Part shown: positions 10,301-20,000 of the stretch, one piece after another
How the letters are laid out: the number at the start of each line of letters is the position of its first letter
Position numbering within the stretch: position 1 is the first letter of the stretch
Origin: Alphaproteobacteria bacterium
GTDB taxonomy: Bacteria > Pseudomonadota > Alphaproteobacteria > Caulobacterales > Caulobacteraceae
Length of the DNA stretch: 40,391 nucleotides
Reading direction: 5' to 3'
NCBI GenBank assembly: GCA_043743295.1
Contig: JAYTWT010000129.1
Span: 1 to 40,391, forward strand
Notes under the pieces: model-generated
The model's input: only the letters and a program-made list of their open reading frames with translations
What the model was told of the DNA's origin: nothing
The model's database searches: none
Program-made: the position numbers and the translations under genes

Positions 10301-10607
10301 TCGCGCGTTCGGCTAGACCGGCGCGCCAAGCCTCAGCGGCAGACGCCCCACCATCGCGGAAAGCATAGATCCGCCCCAAAGTCTGGGACCACCCGCGGCA
10401 AACCACCTGCCAAGCGCGCAGTCCTGCCCGGGTGGCCAAGGGATCGTCCCAGTCGCGGACAGCTTTGCACACAGCGCCACTGCGCGCGCTCTGGCCGAGT
10501 GCAAAATCGTCGCGCGGTGGCGCGGCTTGTGACTGGCCCGCCGCCGCCAGGACCACTGCCGTTAGCCAAGCGATCCAAGCGTCGCGAAAAACGAGACGCG
10601 CGCGCAT
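7395..10607 (-). CDS. exported TPR/helical + CHAT domain (caspase/HetF-like) cysteine protease, CHAT-1
   Basis: 1070 aa. Sec-type signal ending QSQA; helical TPR-like middle. CHAT motifs LYFATHGLL (His), LDADLVVLSACDTG (Cys), AGARNLLVSNWEV and HPYYWAAFSIVGDG. Confidence 0.93.
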   Translation of the reverse strand: MRARLVFRDAWIAWLTAVVLAAAGQSQAAPPRDDFALGQSARSGAVCKAVRDWDDPLATRAGLRAWQVVCRGWSQTLGRIYAFRDGGASAAEAWRAGLAERATCEPAAVVADPLLTKTVVAACKSKPLGVGYIIYEARDRRDVIAAEGYAAIGDVLATGVKVVLGRTRPPAATSEQTANLGTVLSGQIETLNAAAEASGNSAAKQRESAYLEAQLWQFGDAESRFSQLAGSTLARLSPVDQAEAYLNVAINASNGGRFVEAEAYFKAAAPLVSEASSAPLSALSFNVLAAHARNQRRFEVAITLARQAIDLRRSTAVPAATGLVTASGSDLKLGHAASVALNAQGKMPSLQLSADDREAVRDAQAWQIIGTSQEALKRHPEARQSLQTALDILGRPRGADILGSAAPWLVMRLQVDLAGLDRNDGSPQLAVLRIEAALAIYEAQDADSLPLGRYILELARAKAANGAEDEALADFERAFAIFQIKRGALGASADAAADYFDILLRRIANDPAAHAADAQRFFASSEALVGESTAAASLQFAERLSSEGTASAGISRARDATLRLVAQKDQEIRRLQRAGAYSGEIRAKADGELEDLRKQANELERRLFDANPRYATALSTTVTSKDLQSELKDGEAYLKVMLLANRGYGLLITRGEVRPFAVDLSRTEARQLAARLRDPLGEVSSGLLGDWDVELAHRLYQKVLGPIEPQLAGIQRLIYQPDPTMIGVPIGALVTDTESQAVLARNVEAARRTKTEVSYKGVSWLASRLDTSVSVSTAAFWNTRRSRPSRALKPFLGFADPLIATGPTAFGSVTAPAWSISIAGGADFCATFRNQLRALPQLPEAASEVRFVAKAVGAPDSVISGEAFTDERIKNGGGFEGALDQYRVLYFATHGLLPEANGCLQPALVTSQAGPGGDSLLDTSEIPGLQLDADLVVLSACDTGAGLEDGGGGAALGGLVSTFTYAGARNLLVSNWEVSSEATEILMSALFTSSAVTQGEALVEAERSFIARDDAYSHPYYWAAFSIVGDGARALPRSGIPLASDATSVTETPGAFAGAAGRKAAWHASD

Positions 10608-10610
10608 CGC

Positions 10611-13600
10611 CTAGTTGGCCTCCTTCCAGACTTCCTCGTTTGTGGCGCTGGCGACCGTCGGATCGGCGGTTCCGGCGGCGGCGGTCTGATCTTCGACGGT
10701 CAGGGCGGTCAGCTGATCGGTCGAGATGCTGATATTCGAATGGACATTAGACGGCATGCAACTACCCGGCTGCAGGATCGCGCAGGCATTCAGCCGATAG
10801 TAGGCGCTGGGCGAAACGCCTTTGTCGAACGCAATGCCGTCAGCAAGTGAAACGCCTTGGCCGGTCAGGATGGTGGAGCCGGACGCCAGCGCACCGCTGA
10901 GTTCGATATAGTCCGGCAAGCGACTGGCATCGACCGAGGTCACAGATGTACGCCCCAATAGCAATTGTGGACCAGGGGTTCCGCCCAACAGATAGAGGCC
11001 TGTCGGAATGGTGCCCAGCAGCCCCGATGTGTCCTGCTGCGCGACCTTGCCGTTGGCACGAAGGGTCAAAGACCCCGCCGTGATCAGGATGCGTGGGCCA
11101 CTCGCTGTCTGGGGGGCGATGATTGCCTTAACGGCCTGCGGGACACTAGCGGCCTGGGTCGTCGAGAGTTTGTCGATAAAGTCCTGATAGCCGATGAGGA
11201 TGTCCCTACCAGCGTTCAGCTCGACGGACCCGAACGCGCGGACGTCGGTAAACAGGCGCCCCGTCGCCGAGGTCGACGCGCCGATCGAACCCCCATTGTT
11301 GGCAATGACCTTGATGGATTTCGGCGTCCAATCTCCGATCGCGGCATTCGGTGCTCCGATCCGCACAGTGGTGGTGTTGGTTGTTCCGCTGGACGGCGCG
11401 AAGGCACCGGTCACGACCACCTCGGCCTTGGACCCCGCATAGAACTCCAGGGCTGTCTTGATCTTGGCTACGTCGATGCCGAGCGTACCGATGGCCAATG
11501 TAGATCCCCGCACGGAACCGGAGCTGTCGCCGACGAAGATCTGCACGATCGGCGCATCGATCATGCCGAGCGCGCTGCTGCTCAACGTCGATCCACCGGA
11601 CGCCGCCGTTGCGCCCTCGCCCAGGGCCAAGCCTCCGCTGGCGGTGACTTCCAACCGTACGGTTTGGGCACGCCAGGTACCGCCCAGCGAAAGGTCGCTG
11701 CTGCGTGAGAAGATACGGTCGCCAGCCGTAACCACGCCGGTCGACACCTTGCCCGCAGCTTGAAGCCGCACGCTAGAGGCTCCGGCGGCGGCAACATCCC
11801 CGGCCAAGGCGATGGCTCCACCGCTGCGGATATCGATGTCGCCAGTCGCGAGGCTGAATCCTTCGATTGAGGCGGTCGCCGCCAAAGGATCGACCAGTCG
11901 CTGGATTGCCCCGCTTTCGCTATTCGTGATCAGCCTATCTGCGGCACCCATCGCGGTGGGGCCGGATCCCGACGCCAGCGTCCCACCGACCTTCACGTCG
12001 CCCGAAGCCCGGATCGCGATGTCGTCGCCCGCTCGGACTGACGCTAGGTCCACGGCTCCGGCCCGAGCGCGCACAGCCACGTCTCGGCTCGCTGAGATGA
12101 GGCCCGTGCCGCGTACAACCGCGCCATCCGCCAGCACATCACCGCCAGCGGTGACCGCGCCGATGCGGACCTCCCCAACACCCACCGATTGGAACCGCGC
12201 GTCCCCGCTGGCCGTCGCCGTGCCCTCTATCGCGATACCACCGCGCGCGCGGACATCGATGTTCGCGCCGGCAAGGCCAAGGTCACCGGCCAAGGCAGTC
12301 CGGTCCGTCGCGAACAGGGCATCCCCGACGCCCTCGCCATCGCCCGCGCCCCCGGCGCTGAGCATACCGCTCACTGAGACGTCGGTCGCCGCACGCAGCA
12401 CCACGTCGTCGCCGGCTGTTGCCGACCCGAGGCTGATCGCGCCACCCAGCGCTAGGACCGCGACATCGCGGCCAGCGCGGATTGTCCCACCGTTCACCGA
12501 CGCGCCCTCCAGACGCACATCCCGGACGGCATCAGCTGACGCCAGTCGCAGCACGCCGGTTGCGGATCGTAAGGCAATGTCTCGCCCCGCTGTCACAGCC
12601 TGGGCGTCAAGGCTTGCGCCGTCGAGCAGGGCGTCGCGACCAGCCTTAACCTCCAACACTGCAAGGTTCCCGCTCGTCGCCAGCAACCGGATGTCATCTG
12701 AGGCCGTCAGCGAGCCCTGCACCGCAATCCCGCCCGAGGTCGACTTGAGATCAACGTTCCGCCCCCTCAAGGATGCGCCGAGGCTCGTCGGCTCGGTGGC
12801 CAAGAGTCGATCCCCTACGCCGTCGCTGTCCTCGCCGCCTGCCGCTGAAACCGCGCCCGTGATCGTGATATCCCGCGCCGCGCGCAGAACCACGTCGTCG
12901 CCCGCCGTCGCTGCGCCAACCTTGAGCGCGCCGAGCGAGGCCCGCATGGCGATGTCTCGCCCGGCGGTCACGGCCCTGGTGTCCACCTCGCCGCCATCCA
13001 GCAGCACGTCCCGATTGGCATTGACTTGCCCCGTCGTCGTCAGACGGGTTGCGGCTTGAATCCGCACGTCACCGGTGGCGCTGAGATCTCCCGTGACGGT
13101 GACGTCTGCCGCGTCAGACTTGATGTCGATGGTTTGGCTGCCCAGGTCAGCGTCACCGCCCAGGGCCGTACGATTGAGCGCGACCAAGGCGTCCGCCGCG
13201 CCGACCGCGTCCATACCCGGTCCGGCGCGAAGCCGACCGGAGACGATGATCGATCTGGCGGCGCGCAGAACGATGTCGTCTCCCGCGCTGGCCGATGCGA
13301 TGGACAGCGCGCCTGTAGAAGATCGCAGGGCGATATCTCGGCCCGCCGTCAAGGCTCTAGCCGTCAAGTCGCCCGCCGCGTCGATGGCAATGTCGCCACC
13401 CGCCGTGGCCTCGCCCAGGCTGGTCGCACCTGTCGAACGGAGCCAGATGTGACTGCTCGCACCGGCGGCGGAAAGTGCACCGCTGAGATTTATACCCGCA
13501 GCGCGCAAATCAATAACGCTACCGTCAGCCTCGCCCGCCTCCCCAAATAGCGAAGCCGTGCCGCTGGACCGGGCAAGTCGGTCGCCTGCCCCGCTCGCCA

Positions 13601-16214
13601 CAGCCCCCAGGCCGGATTTCAGATCACCGGTCGCCGTCAGGTCTCCCGCCGCCCAGATCACGATATCGTCGCCCGCCGAGACCGTGCCTACGCTGACCGC
13701 ACCCGAGCGCCCATTGATGGCGACGTCCCGGAGCGCGGTAAGGCTGCCGGTCGCCATGACCGCGCCGCCGTCGATCACGATATCGCGGTCTGCCATGATG
13801 GTGCCGGATACGCTGACCAGACCTGCGGCCGTCTGCAGGCGCACATCGCCTGTGGATTCGGCGCTGCCGATCGTGATCCCGCCACCGTCGGACTTCACGT
13901 CGATCGTGCTGCCTTGGAGGTCGAAGATGCCGTCGAGCCCGGTCGGGTCCGAGGCAAACAGCTGGTCGCCGACACCCAGCCGTTCCAGGCCACCGACTTT
14001 GAGCGAGATGGCGCTGATCCCTAACGCGGCGCGCAGCACGATATCGTCGCCTGCCACCAGGCGGCCCACCGTCAGAGCACCCAGTCGCGAGCGCAACGCG
14101 ATATCGCCCAGCGCCGTCAGATCCCCCACGACCAGAGATGCCCCGCTGTCGATCAGGATATCGACGCCGACAACGGACCCACTGCCCAGTGTGGCATCGC
14201 CCGCCTTGATGCGGGTGCTGCCCGCGGCATTAGTGCGGAAAATGTCGACGATGTGGCCGCTGACATCGATATCGGAGTTGCCGAGATCGAAGGTCAGGCC
14301 GCCGATGATCAATAGGCCGCCCTCCGTCGGATCGGTCAGGCGGTCACCCAGTCCTAGGGTTGAGGGGCGGCCGGTCGTAGACACCACACCCGTGGATCGA
14401 ATGTCGCCGGTCGCCCGCAGCACCACATCATCGCCGGCTGATACCGTATTCAGCCGGATCGCCTTGCCGTCGCGCGCGCGCGCCGCCACGTCGCCGTCCA
14501 TGGCGGTCAGAACCCCGGTCGCCTCGACGCCGAGCAGCCCGGCACCCGCGCCACCGTCCAGCAGGATATCGCGGCCTGCGGTCACGGTGCCGACCTTGAT
14601 CGAACCACCGGTCCCGGCCTGGGTCTGGAACCGGGCATCGGTGGCGGCGATCACGATCCCGGCCACCACGATGGACCCCGCGCTCGAGCGCACATCGATG
14701 GTCCGGCCGATAAGGTTCAGATCACCCGCTAGACGCGACCGCGCCCCACCGAACATCAGGTCACCAGCCTGATCAGCTGCGGCAGAGTCGGCACCGCCGG
14801 TCGTCGCGAGCGGGCCGGCAACGGTGATGGCACCTCGCGCCCGGATCACGATATCGTCGCCTGCCATTGCGCCGGCGACGGTCACCACGGCGCCAGCGCC
14901 GGTTGACCGGACACCGGTATCTCGGACGGCGCTCAAGAGCCCGGTTGTAATGGCACCAGCTCCGTCGATGAGCACGTCCCTGCCGGCTGTGGCCGCGCCG
15001 ATACTGATGGCACCAGTCGACTGCAATCGGACATCCGAACCGGAACCCGAGGCCGTCAGGGCCAGCGCGGTGAGCGAACCGCCGACAATGTCCACGTCGT
15101 GACCCGCGAGGTCGAAGGCTTGTCCTTCCAACGTTACTGACCCGTACGTTGTAACGAGTACGTCACCTAGACCGATCGCGTCCGCCGCGCCGCCCGCGCT
15201 CACCGGTCCCGTAAGTGTGACACCCCCCGCCGTGCGCAGCACCACGTCATCACCCGCCGAAGCACCGGCCAACCGGATCGCCGAGCCGTCCCGCGCCCGA
15301 GCCGCCACATCGCCGTTCGTCGCCGTCAGCAATCCCGTCGCGACCACGCCGTCCGGGCCAGCACCGCCCCCATCCAGCAGGAGGTCGCGGCCCGCTATGG
15401 CAACACCGACGGTGACAGACCCACCCGTCAGAGCCTGCGTTTGCAACCTTGCATCCGTGGCCGCGATGATGGCTCCCAGGACGGTGATCGAGCCTGCGCC
15501 TGACCGAACGTCGACGGTGCGCCCGGCGAGGTCCAGGTCGCTCCCGAGGTTCGACTTTGCGGCACCGAAGATCAGATCACCCGCTTGATCCGCGTCGGAA
15601 GAGTCCGTACCGCCGCCAGAGCTCAGGTCGCCGGTGACCAGGATCGAGCCTTGGGCCCGGATCACGACGTCATCGCCCGCCGAGGCCCCGCCGACCAGCA
15701 CGGTGGCGCCGACGCCTGTCGAGCGCACGCCGACATCGCGGCCAGCGCTCAGCACACCTGTGGAAACAGTCGCAGTGCCGTCCACCAGCACGTCGCGGTC
15801 GGCGCTTGCGTTGCCGAGGCTGATGGCGCCGCCCGCCTGAACGCGGACGTCCGATCCGCTGCCCGTAGCCGTCGTGGTCCCGCCGAGCGTCACTGTCCCG
15901 GCACGGATATCCACGTCATTGCCTGCTAGGTCGAAGGTCCGACCTTCCAGCGTGATGGTGCCTGCTAGCGTTCGTAGGGTGTCGCCAAACCCGGAGCTGT
16001 CCGAACCCCCGCCGGCGATTACGTCACCGCTGACGACGACCTGACCTGTGGTGCGCAACACCACATCGTCACCGGCGGAAGCGCCAGCCAGCCGGAGCGT
16101 CGCGCCCTCACGCGCCCGCACCGCCACATCGCCCGCGCTGGCCGATACCGTTCCCGTGGACTCCACGCCAGCGCCGTCCAGCAACGCGTTGCGCGTAGCA
16201 CTCACGGCGGCCAC
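10611..16214 (-). CDS. TpsA-1 C-terminal part: beta-helical repeats and Cys-pair tail
   Basis: Continues the AGDD/AGRD repeats with no signal peptide of its own. Ends RLNACAILQPGSC...DPTVASATNEEVWKEAN, 3 bp before CHAT-1. Confidence 0.7.
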   Translation of the reverse strand: MAAVSATRNALLDGAGVESTGTVSASAGDVAVRAREGATLRLAGASAGDDVVLRTTGQVVVSGDVIAGGGSDSSGFGDTLRTLAGTITLEGRTFDLAGNDVDIRAGTVTLGGTTTATGSGSDVRVQAGGAISLGNASADRDVLVDGTATVSTGVLSAGRDVGVRSTGVGATVLVGGASAGDDVVIRAQGSILVTGDLSSGGGTDSSDADQAGDLIFGAAKSNLGSDLDLAGRTVDVRSGAGSITVLGAIIAATDARLQTQALTGGSVTVGVAIAGRDLLLDGGGAGPDGVVATGLLTATNGDVAARARDGSAIRLAGASAGDDVVLRTAGGVTLTGPVSAGGAADAIGLGDVLVTTYGSVTLEGQAFDLAGHDVDIVGGSLTALALTASGSGSDVRLQSTGAISIGAATAGRDVLIDGAGAITTGLLSAVRDTGVRSTGAGAVVTVAGAMAGDDIVIRARGAITVAGPLATTGGADSAAADQAGDLMFGGARSRLAGDLNLIGRTIDVRSSAGSIVVAGIVIAATDARFQTQAGTGGSIKVGTVTAGRDILLDGGAGAGLLGVEATGVLTAMDGDVAARARDGKAIRLNTVSAGDDVVLRATGDIRSTGVVSTTGRPSTLGLGDRLTDPTEGGLLIIGGLTFDLGNSDIDVSGHIVDIFRTNAAGSTRIKAGDATLGSGSVVGVDILIDSGASLVVGDLTALGDIALRSRLGALTVGRLVAGDDIVLRAALGISAISLKVGGLERLGVGDQLFASDPTGLDGIFDLQGSTIDVKSDGGGITIGSAESTGDVRLQTAAGLVSVSGTIMADRDIVIDGGAVMATGSLTALRDVAINGRSGAVSVGTVSAGDDIVIWAAGDLTATGDLKSGLGAVASGAGDRLARSSGTASLFGEAGEADGSVIDLRAAGINLSGALSAAGASSHIWLRSTGATSLGEATAGGDIAIDAAGDLTARALTAGRDIALRSSTGALSIASASAGDDIVLRAARSIIVSGRLRAGPGMDAVGAADALVALNRTALGGDADLGSQTIDIKSDAADVTVTGDLSATGDVRIQAATRLTTTGQVNANRDVLLDGGEVDTRAVTAGRDIAMRASLGALKVGAATAGDDVVLRAARDITITGAVSAAGGEDSDGVGDRLLATEPTSLGASLRGRNVDLKSTSGGIAVQGSLTASDDIRLLATSGNLAVLEVKAGRDALLDGASLDAQAVTAGRDIALRSATGVLRLASADAVRDVRLEGASVNGGTIRAGRDVAVLALGGAISLGSATAGDDVVLRAATDVSVSGMLSAGGAGDGEGVGDALFATDRTALAGDLGLAGANIDVRARGGIAIEGTATASGDARFQSVGVGEVRIGAVTAGGDVLADGAVVRGTGLISASRDVAVRARAGAVDLASVRAGDDIAIRASGDVKVGGTLASGSGPTAMGAADRLITNSESGAIQRLVDPLAATASIEGFSLATGDIDIRSGGAIALAGDVAAAGASSVRLQAAGKVSTGVVTAGDRIFSRSSDLSLGGTWRAQTVRLEVTASGGLALGEGATAASGGSTLSSSALGMIDAPIVQIFVGDSSGSVRGSTLAIGTLGIDVAKIKTALEFYAGSKAEVVVTGAFAPSSGTTNTTTVRIGAPNAAIGDWTPKSIKVIANNGGSIGASTSATGRLFTDVRAFGSVELNAGRDILIGYQDFIDKLSTTQAASVPQAVKAIIAPQTASGPRILITAGSLTLRANGKVAQQDTSGLLGTIPTGLYLLGGTPGPQLLLGRTSVTSVDASRLPDYIELSGALASGSTILTGQGVSLADGIAFDKGVSPSAYYRLNACAILQPGSCMPSNVHSNISISTDQLTALTVEDQTAAAGTADPTVASATNEEVWKEAN

Positions 16215-17035
16215 CGTAATCGAGCCGCCGGTTACGCTCTGGGTCTGAACGCGGGCATCCGTGGCCGCGTTGATCGCGCCGTTGAGCGCACATCGACGGT
16301 ACGCCCCACCAGATCCAGGTCGCCGCCGAAGTTGGATTTCGCGACGCCGAACATCAGGTCGCCGGCTTGATCCGTCGCTGCGGAGTCTGTTCCGCTGCCC
16401 GAACTCAGGGCTCCGGCGATGATGGTGCCCTTGGATCGGATCACCACGTCGTCGCCCGCCGATGCGCCGCCGACCGCTACCGCTGCGCCGACCCCCGTCG
16501 AGCGAACGCCGACATCGCGGCCCGCGCTCAGTACCCCTGTCGACACCGCTGACGCCCCGTCAACCACCACATCGCGACCTGCATTGAGCCCGCCCAAGCT
16601 GATCGTTCCGGCCGCCTGGACACGGACGTCCGACGCCGCACCCAAGGCGGTCATGGTCCCTGTCGTCGTCACCGCGCCGGCACGAATGTCGATGTCGTTG
16701 CCGGTCAGGTCGAAGGTCTGACCTTCGAGCATCACCGTGCCGTCGCTAACCCGCAAGGCATCGCCGCGTCCGGCGCTATCCGTACCGCCGCCTGCGGAAA
16801 TCGGTCCGGTGATGGTCACCTGGCCCGTCGTCCGGATGACCACATCGTCGCCTGCAGAGGCCCCCGCAAGCATAACCGTGCTGCCCGCTCGCCCGCGCAC
16901 GGCGACATCACCGCTCGTCGAGGTGACGATGCCGGTCGACGTCACCCCGACGCCGTCCAGAAAGACCTCGCCGGCTGCCGTCACCGCGCCGACCGAAATC
17001 GCGCCGGCCGTCGCGCCTTGCGTTTCAAAGGTGGC
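14590..17035 (-). repeat. three diverged ~270-aa coding repeats in TpsA-1
   Basis: The DQAGDL.FG.A.S..G.DLDL.GRT.DVRS motif recurs at about 16370, 15588 and 14772; TLEG.TFDLAG.DVDI and AGRDVGVRSTG also recur. Boundaries are approximate. Confidence 0.85.
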
Positions 17036-20000
17036 AATCCCGCCAGCGCTCGTAGCGCCCGTCACGTCGATATCCAGACTGGATTGCACGCGAACGTCTG
17101 ATGCCGCACCCTGAGCCGTCAGGGCACCGCCGACCGTCACGCCCTCGCCGCCAAGATGCAGTACGCCTCCGGGCAGAACGTAGGGCGTGCTGGCATCGTC
17201 CAGATCGAAATAATGTAGGTAGATAGCCAGCTGGTCGGCGGCCTCGGTAGCGCCGTCGATGATGCGGTTGTTGGTCGGAACCAGACGTTGGAAGGGCGTG
17301 CCGGAGGTAGCGCCGCCAAGGATGTGCGTTCGTCCATAGATGCTGAAGGCCAGGGCATCGTCCCCGGCCCGGGCCGAGGCGATGGTGACGCCAGAGCCGC
17401 TGTGGTCGCCGGGCGTCGCGCCCGGGGTAACCCCGCCGCGGCCCAGGACGGCGATGTCGCGACCGGCCTTCAGGTCTCCCGTGGTAATCGCCTTGAAGGA
17501 ATCTATCTGCAGGTCGCGCGTGGCCGTGACCGAACCGAGTTGAATGTTGGGCGCTAGGTTCAAAACCGGCGTCAGGGAAACCCGCGTCTGGATTCTGACG
17601 TCTGACGTCGTCGTGTCGACCGGCCCGGCGGTGTCCGGATCGTCCGTGCTGGGCTGACGGCCCGCGATGGTGGCCCCGCCGATCTGAATCGACTGACTAA
17701 CGATATTGACGTCGAAGCCCACCACACTGAAGACCGTCGCTGGGTTGCCGTCGAAATCGAGGAACGGAAGGAGCGTATTCAGATCGTCCGCGACGCCGGG
17801 TGCATCTCCTGGCGTCATGCCCGGCGAGTCGCGCCCCGCCTTCACGTCGCCTGTGACCGCGACTGAGCCCTTGGGGGCACGCAGCACGATGTCATCTCCG
17901 GCCAGTGCCGAGCGCAATTGGACGCTGCCCGCCGGGGAATAGACCGCCACGTCGCGTCCAGCGAACACATCGCCGGCTTGGATCGAGGCACCGGCCGAGT
18001 TCTCCGCACGAAGGTTGATATCCTGGTGCGCGGTGACCGCCTTGCCGACACCGGTCGCCAGCCGCAGCGCGGCCACGCCGCCGGCATCTGCGTTGGTCGC
18101 CATCACGAGGACGTCGGAGGCCACCTGGGCTGAGCCCAGTGTCTCGCCGCCGTCCGGCGCACGTCCGGCAGCGACGTGCCCCACAACGGTAATCGTCTGC
18201 GCCTTCAGATCCAGGTCGTGCCCGACCATCGTTGCCCCGGTTAGGGTATCGGCGGCCCCGGATAGGTCCGGATCACCCGGCAAGCGGGTCTGGCCCGCCT
18301 CCAGATCGCCCGTGGCTGTCAACGCGCCAGCCAGGGCGCGAACGCTAAGGTCATCGCCAGCGCGGGCCGTGCCCAGGGCCACGTTGCCGGTGGTGGCTCG
18401 CGCGATCAGGTCGCGACCGGCGGTCATCACCGAACCTGCGGCGAGCACGGAGTCGCCCGCCAAAACCTGAATGTCGCCGGTTGCGCTCGCCGTGTTGATC
18501 AATGTGGCGGTCGTCGCGCCCTCCAGGATGATGTCGCCAGCGACGCTGCCTGTGCCCTGGGTGGTGGCTGAGCCGAGGCTCACCGACCCGCTGGTGGACT
18601 TCACCAGCACATGGGCGTCGTCGGATGCGCCAATCCCGGTCGACGTCAGGCTGGCGCCGCTGGCTGCGACAGAGCCCGTCGCCGATGTCACCTCGATATC
18701 GTCTCCGGCGGAGACCACGCCGGTCACTGTGGCCGCCCCTGTGGTCGCGGTGACGAACACATCGCGCGAGGCGGTCGCTGAACCCAGGGTGGCTGCGGGC
18801 CCGAGAACCTTAAGATCACGCGATGCTGCGCCAGAGTTCAGCGACGCGGTCGTCGCGCCATCGATCGTCACGTCGCCAGCCGTTGCGCCTGTCCCCAGCG
18901 TCGTGGCCGAACCCACCACCACCGATCCGGCCGTCGAGCGCGCCAGGACATGGGCATCGTCCACCGCGCCGGAACCGGTCGAGGTCAAGGCCCCGCCGCC
19001 CGCCGTGACAGACCCGCTGGTCGCTGTGACTTCGATGTCGTCGCCGGCGGTAACCGTTCCCGTGACGCTGGCAGGACCTGTGGTCGCCGTCACGAACACG
19101 TCACCGCTCGCATTGGCCGAACCTAGGGTCGCCGTTGGGCCCAGCACCTTCACGTCTCGAGACGAGGTGCCGGAATCCAGCGACGCGGTCGTGGCACCCT
19201 CGACCGTAATGTCGCCAACCGTCGTGCCGGTCCCTTGGGTGGCGGCCGATCCGACGGCCACCGCGGCGCTGGTTGACCGCGCCAACACGTGGGCATCGTC
19301 TGTCGCCCCGAGGCCGGTCGAGGTCAGGTCGGCACCACTCGCTAAGACAGCGCCGCTTGTTGCGGTGACTTCGATATCGTCCCCGGCGGAAACAACGCCG
19401 GTTACGGTCGCCGCGCCCGTCGTGGCGGTGACAAAAACGTCCTGGACCGCGTTGCCGGAACCAAGGCTCGCCGAAGGTCCGAGGACTCTAAGGTCGCGGG
19501 TCGAATTGCCCAGGGTGAGTGATGCAGACGTTGCACCTTGAACCGTGACATCGCCTGCCGCGACGCCGGTTCCTTGCGTGGTGGCGGCACTCACCAACAC
19601 CAGGGCGCTCATTGAGCGGACCAAGACATGCGCGTCGTCCGCCGCGCCCACGCCCGTCGACGTCAGACTTCCGCTGACCGTCACCGCGCCGCTGGTCGCC
19701 GTGACTTCGATATCGTCGCCGGCAAACACCGCGCCGCCGACACTGGCCGCGCCCGTCGTCGCGGTGACGAACACGTCGCCAGCCGCGCTGCCCGAGGTCA
19801 GGCTCGCGGTCGGGCCCAGAACGCGGATATCGCGCGACGATGTGCCCGACCCCAGCGTCGCCAGGGTGATGCCATTGACGGTGATGTCGCCCGCCGCCCC
19901 GCCCGTCCCTTGCGTCGTCGCCGACCCGAGCTCTGCGGACCCGCCGGTTGAGCGGACCAGCACGTGGGCATCGTCCGCCGCGCCGATGCCTGTTGACGTT

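Noticed and set aside
7395-10607. CHAT proteases as part of a type III-E CRISPR (Craspase) or gasdermin-type defence system
   Set aside because: No cas, gasdermin or other effector genes are visible. Both proteases carry export signals and are coupled to TPS genes.
16270-16300. Programmed ribosomal frameshift or phase-variable slippage in TpsA-1
   Set aside because: No slippery heptamer or homopolymer is present, and seven codons are missing relative to the sister repeats, which indicates a deletion.
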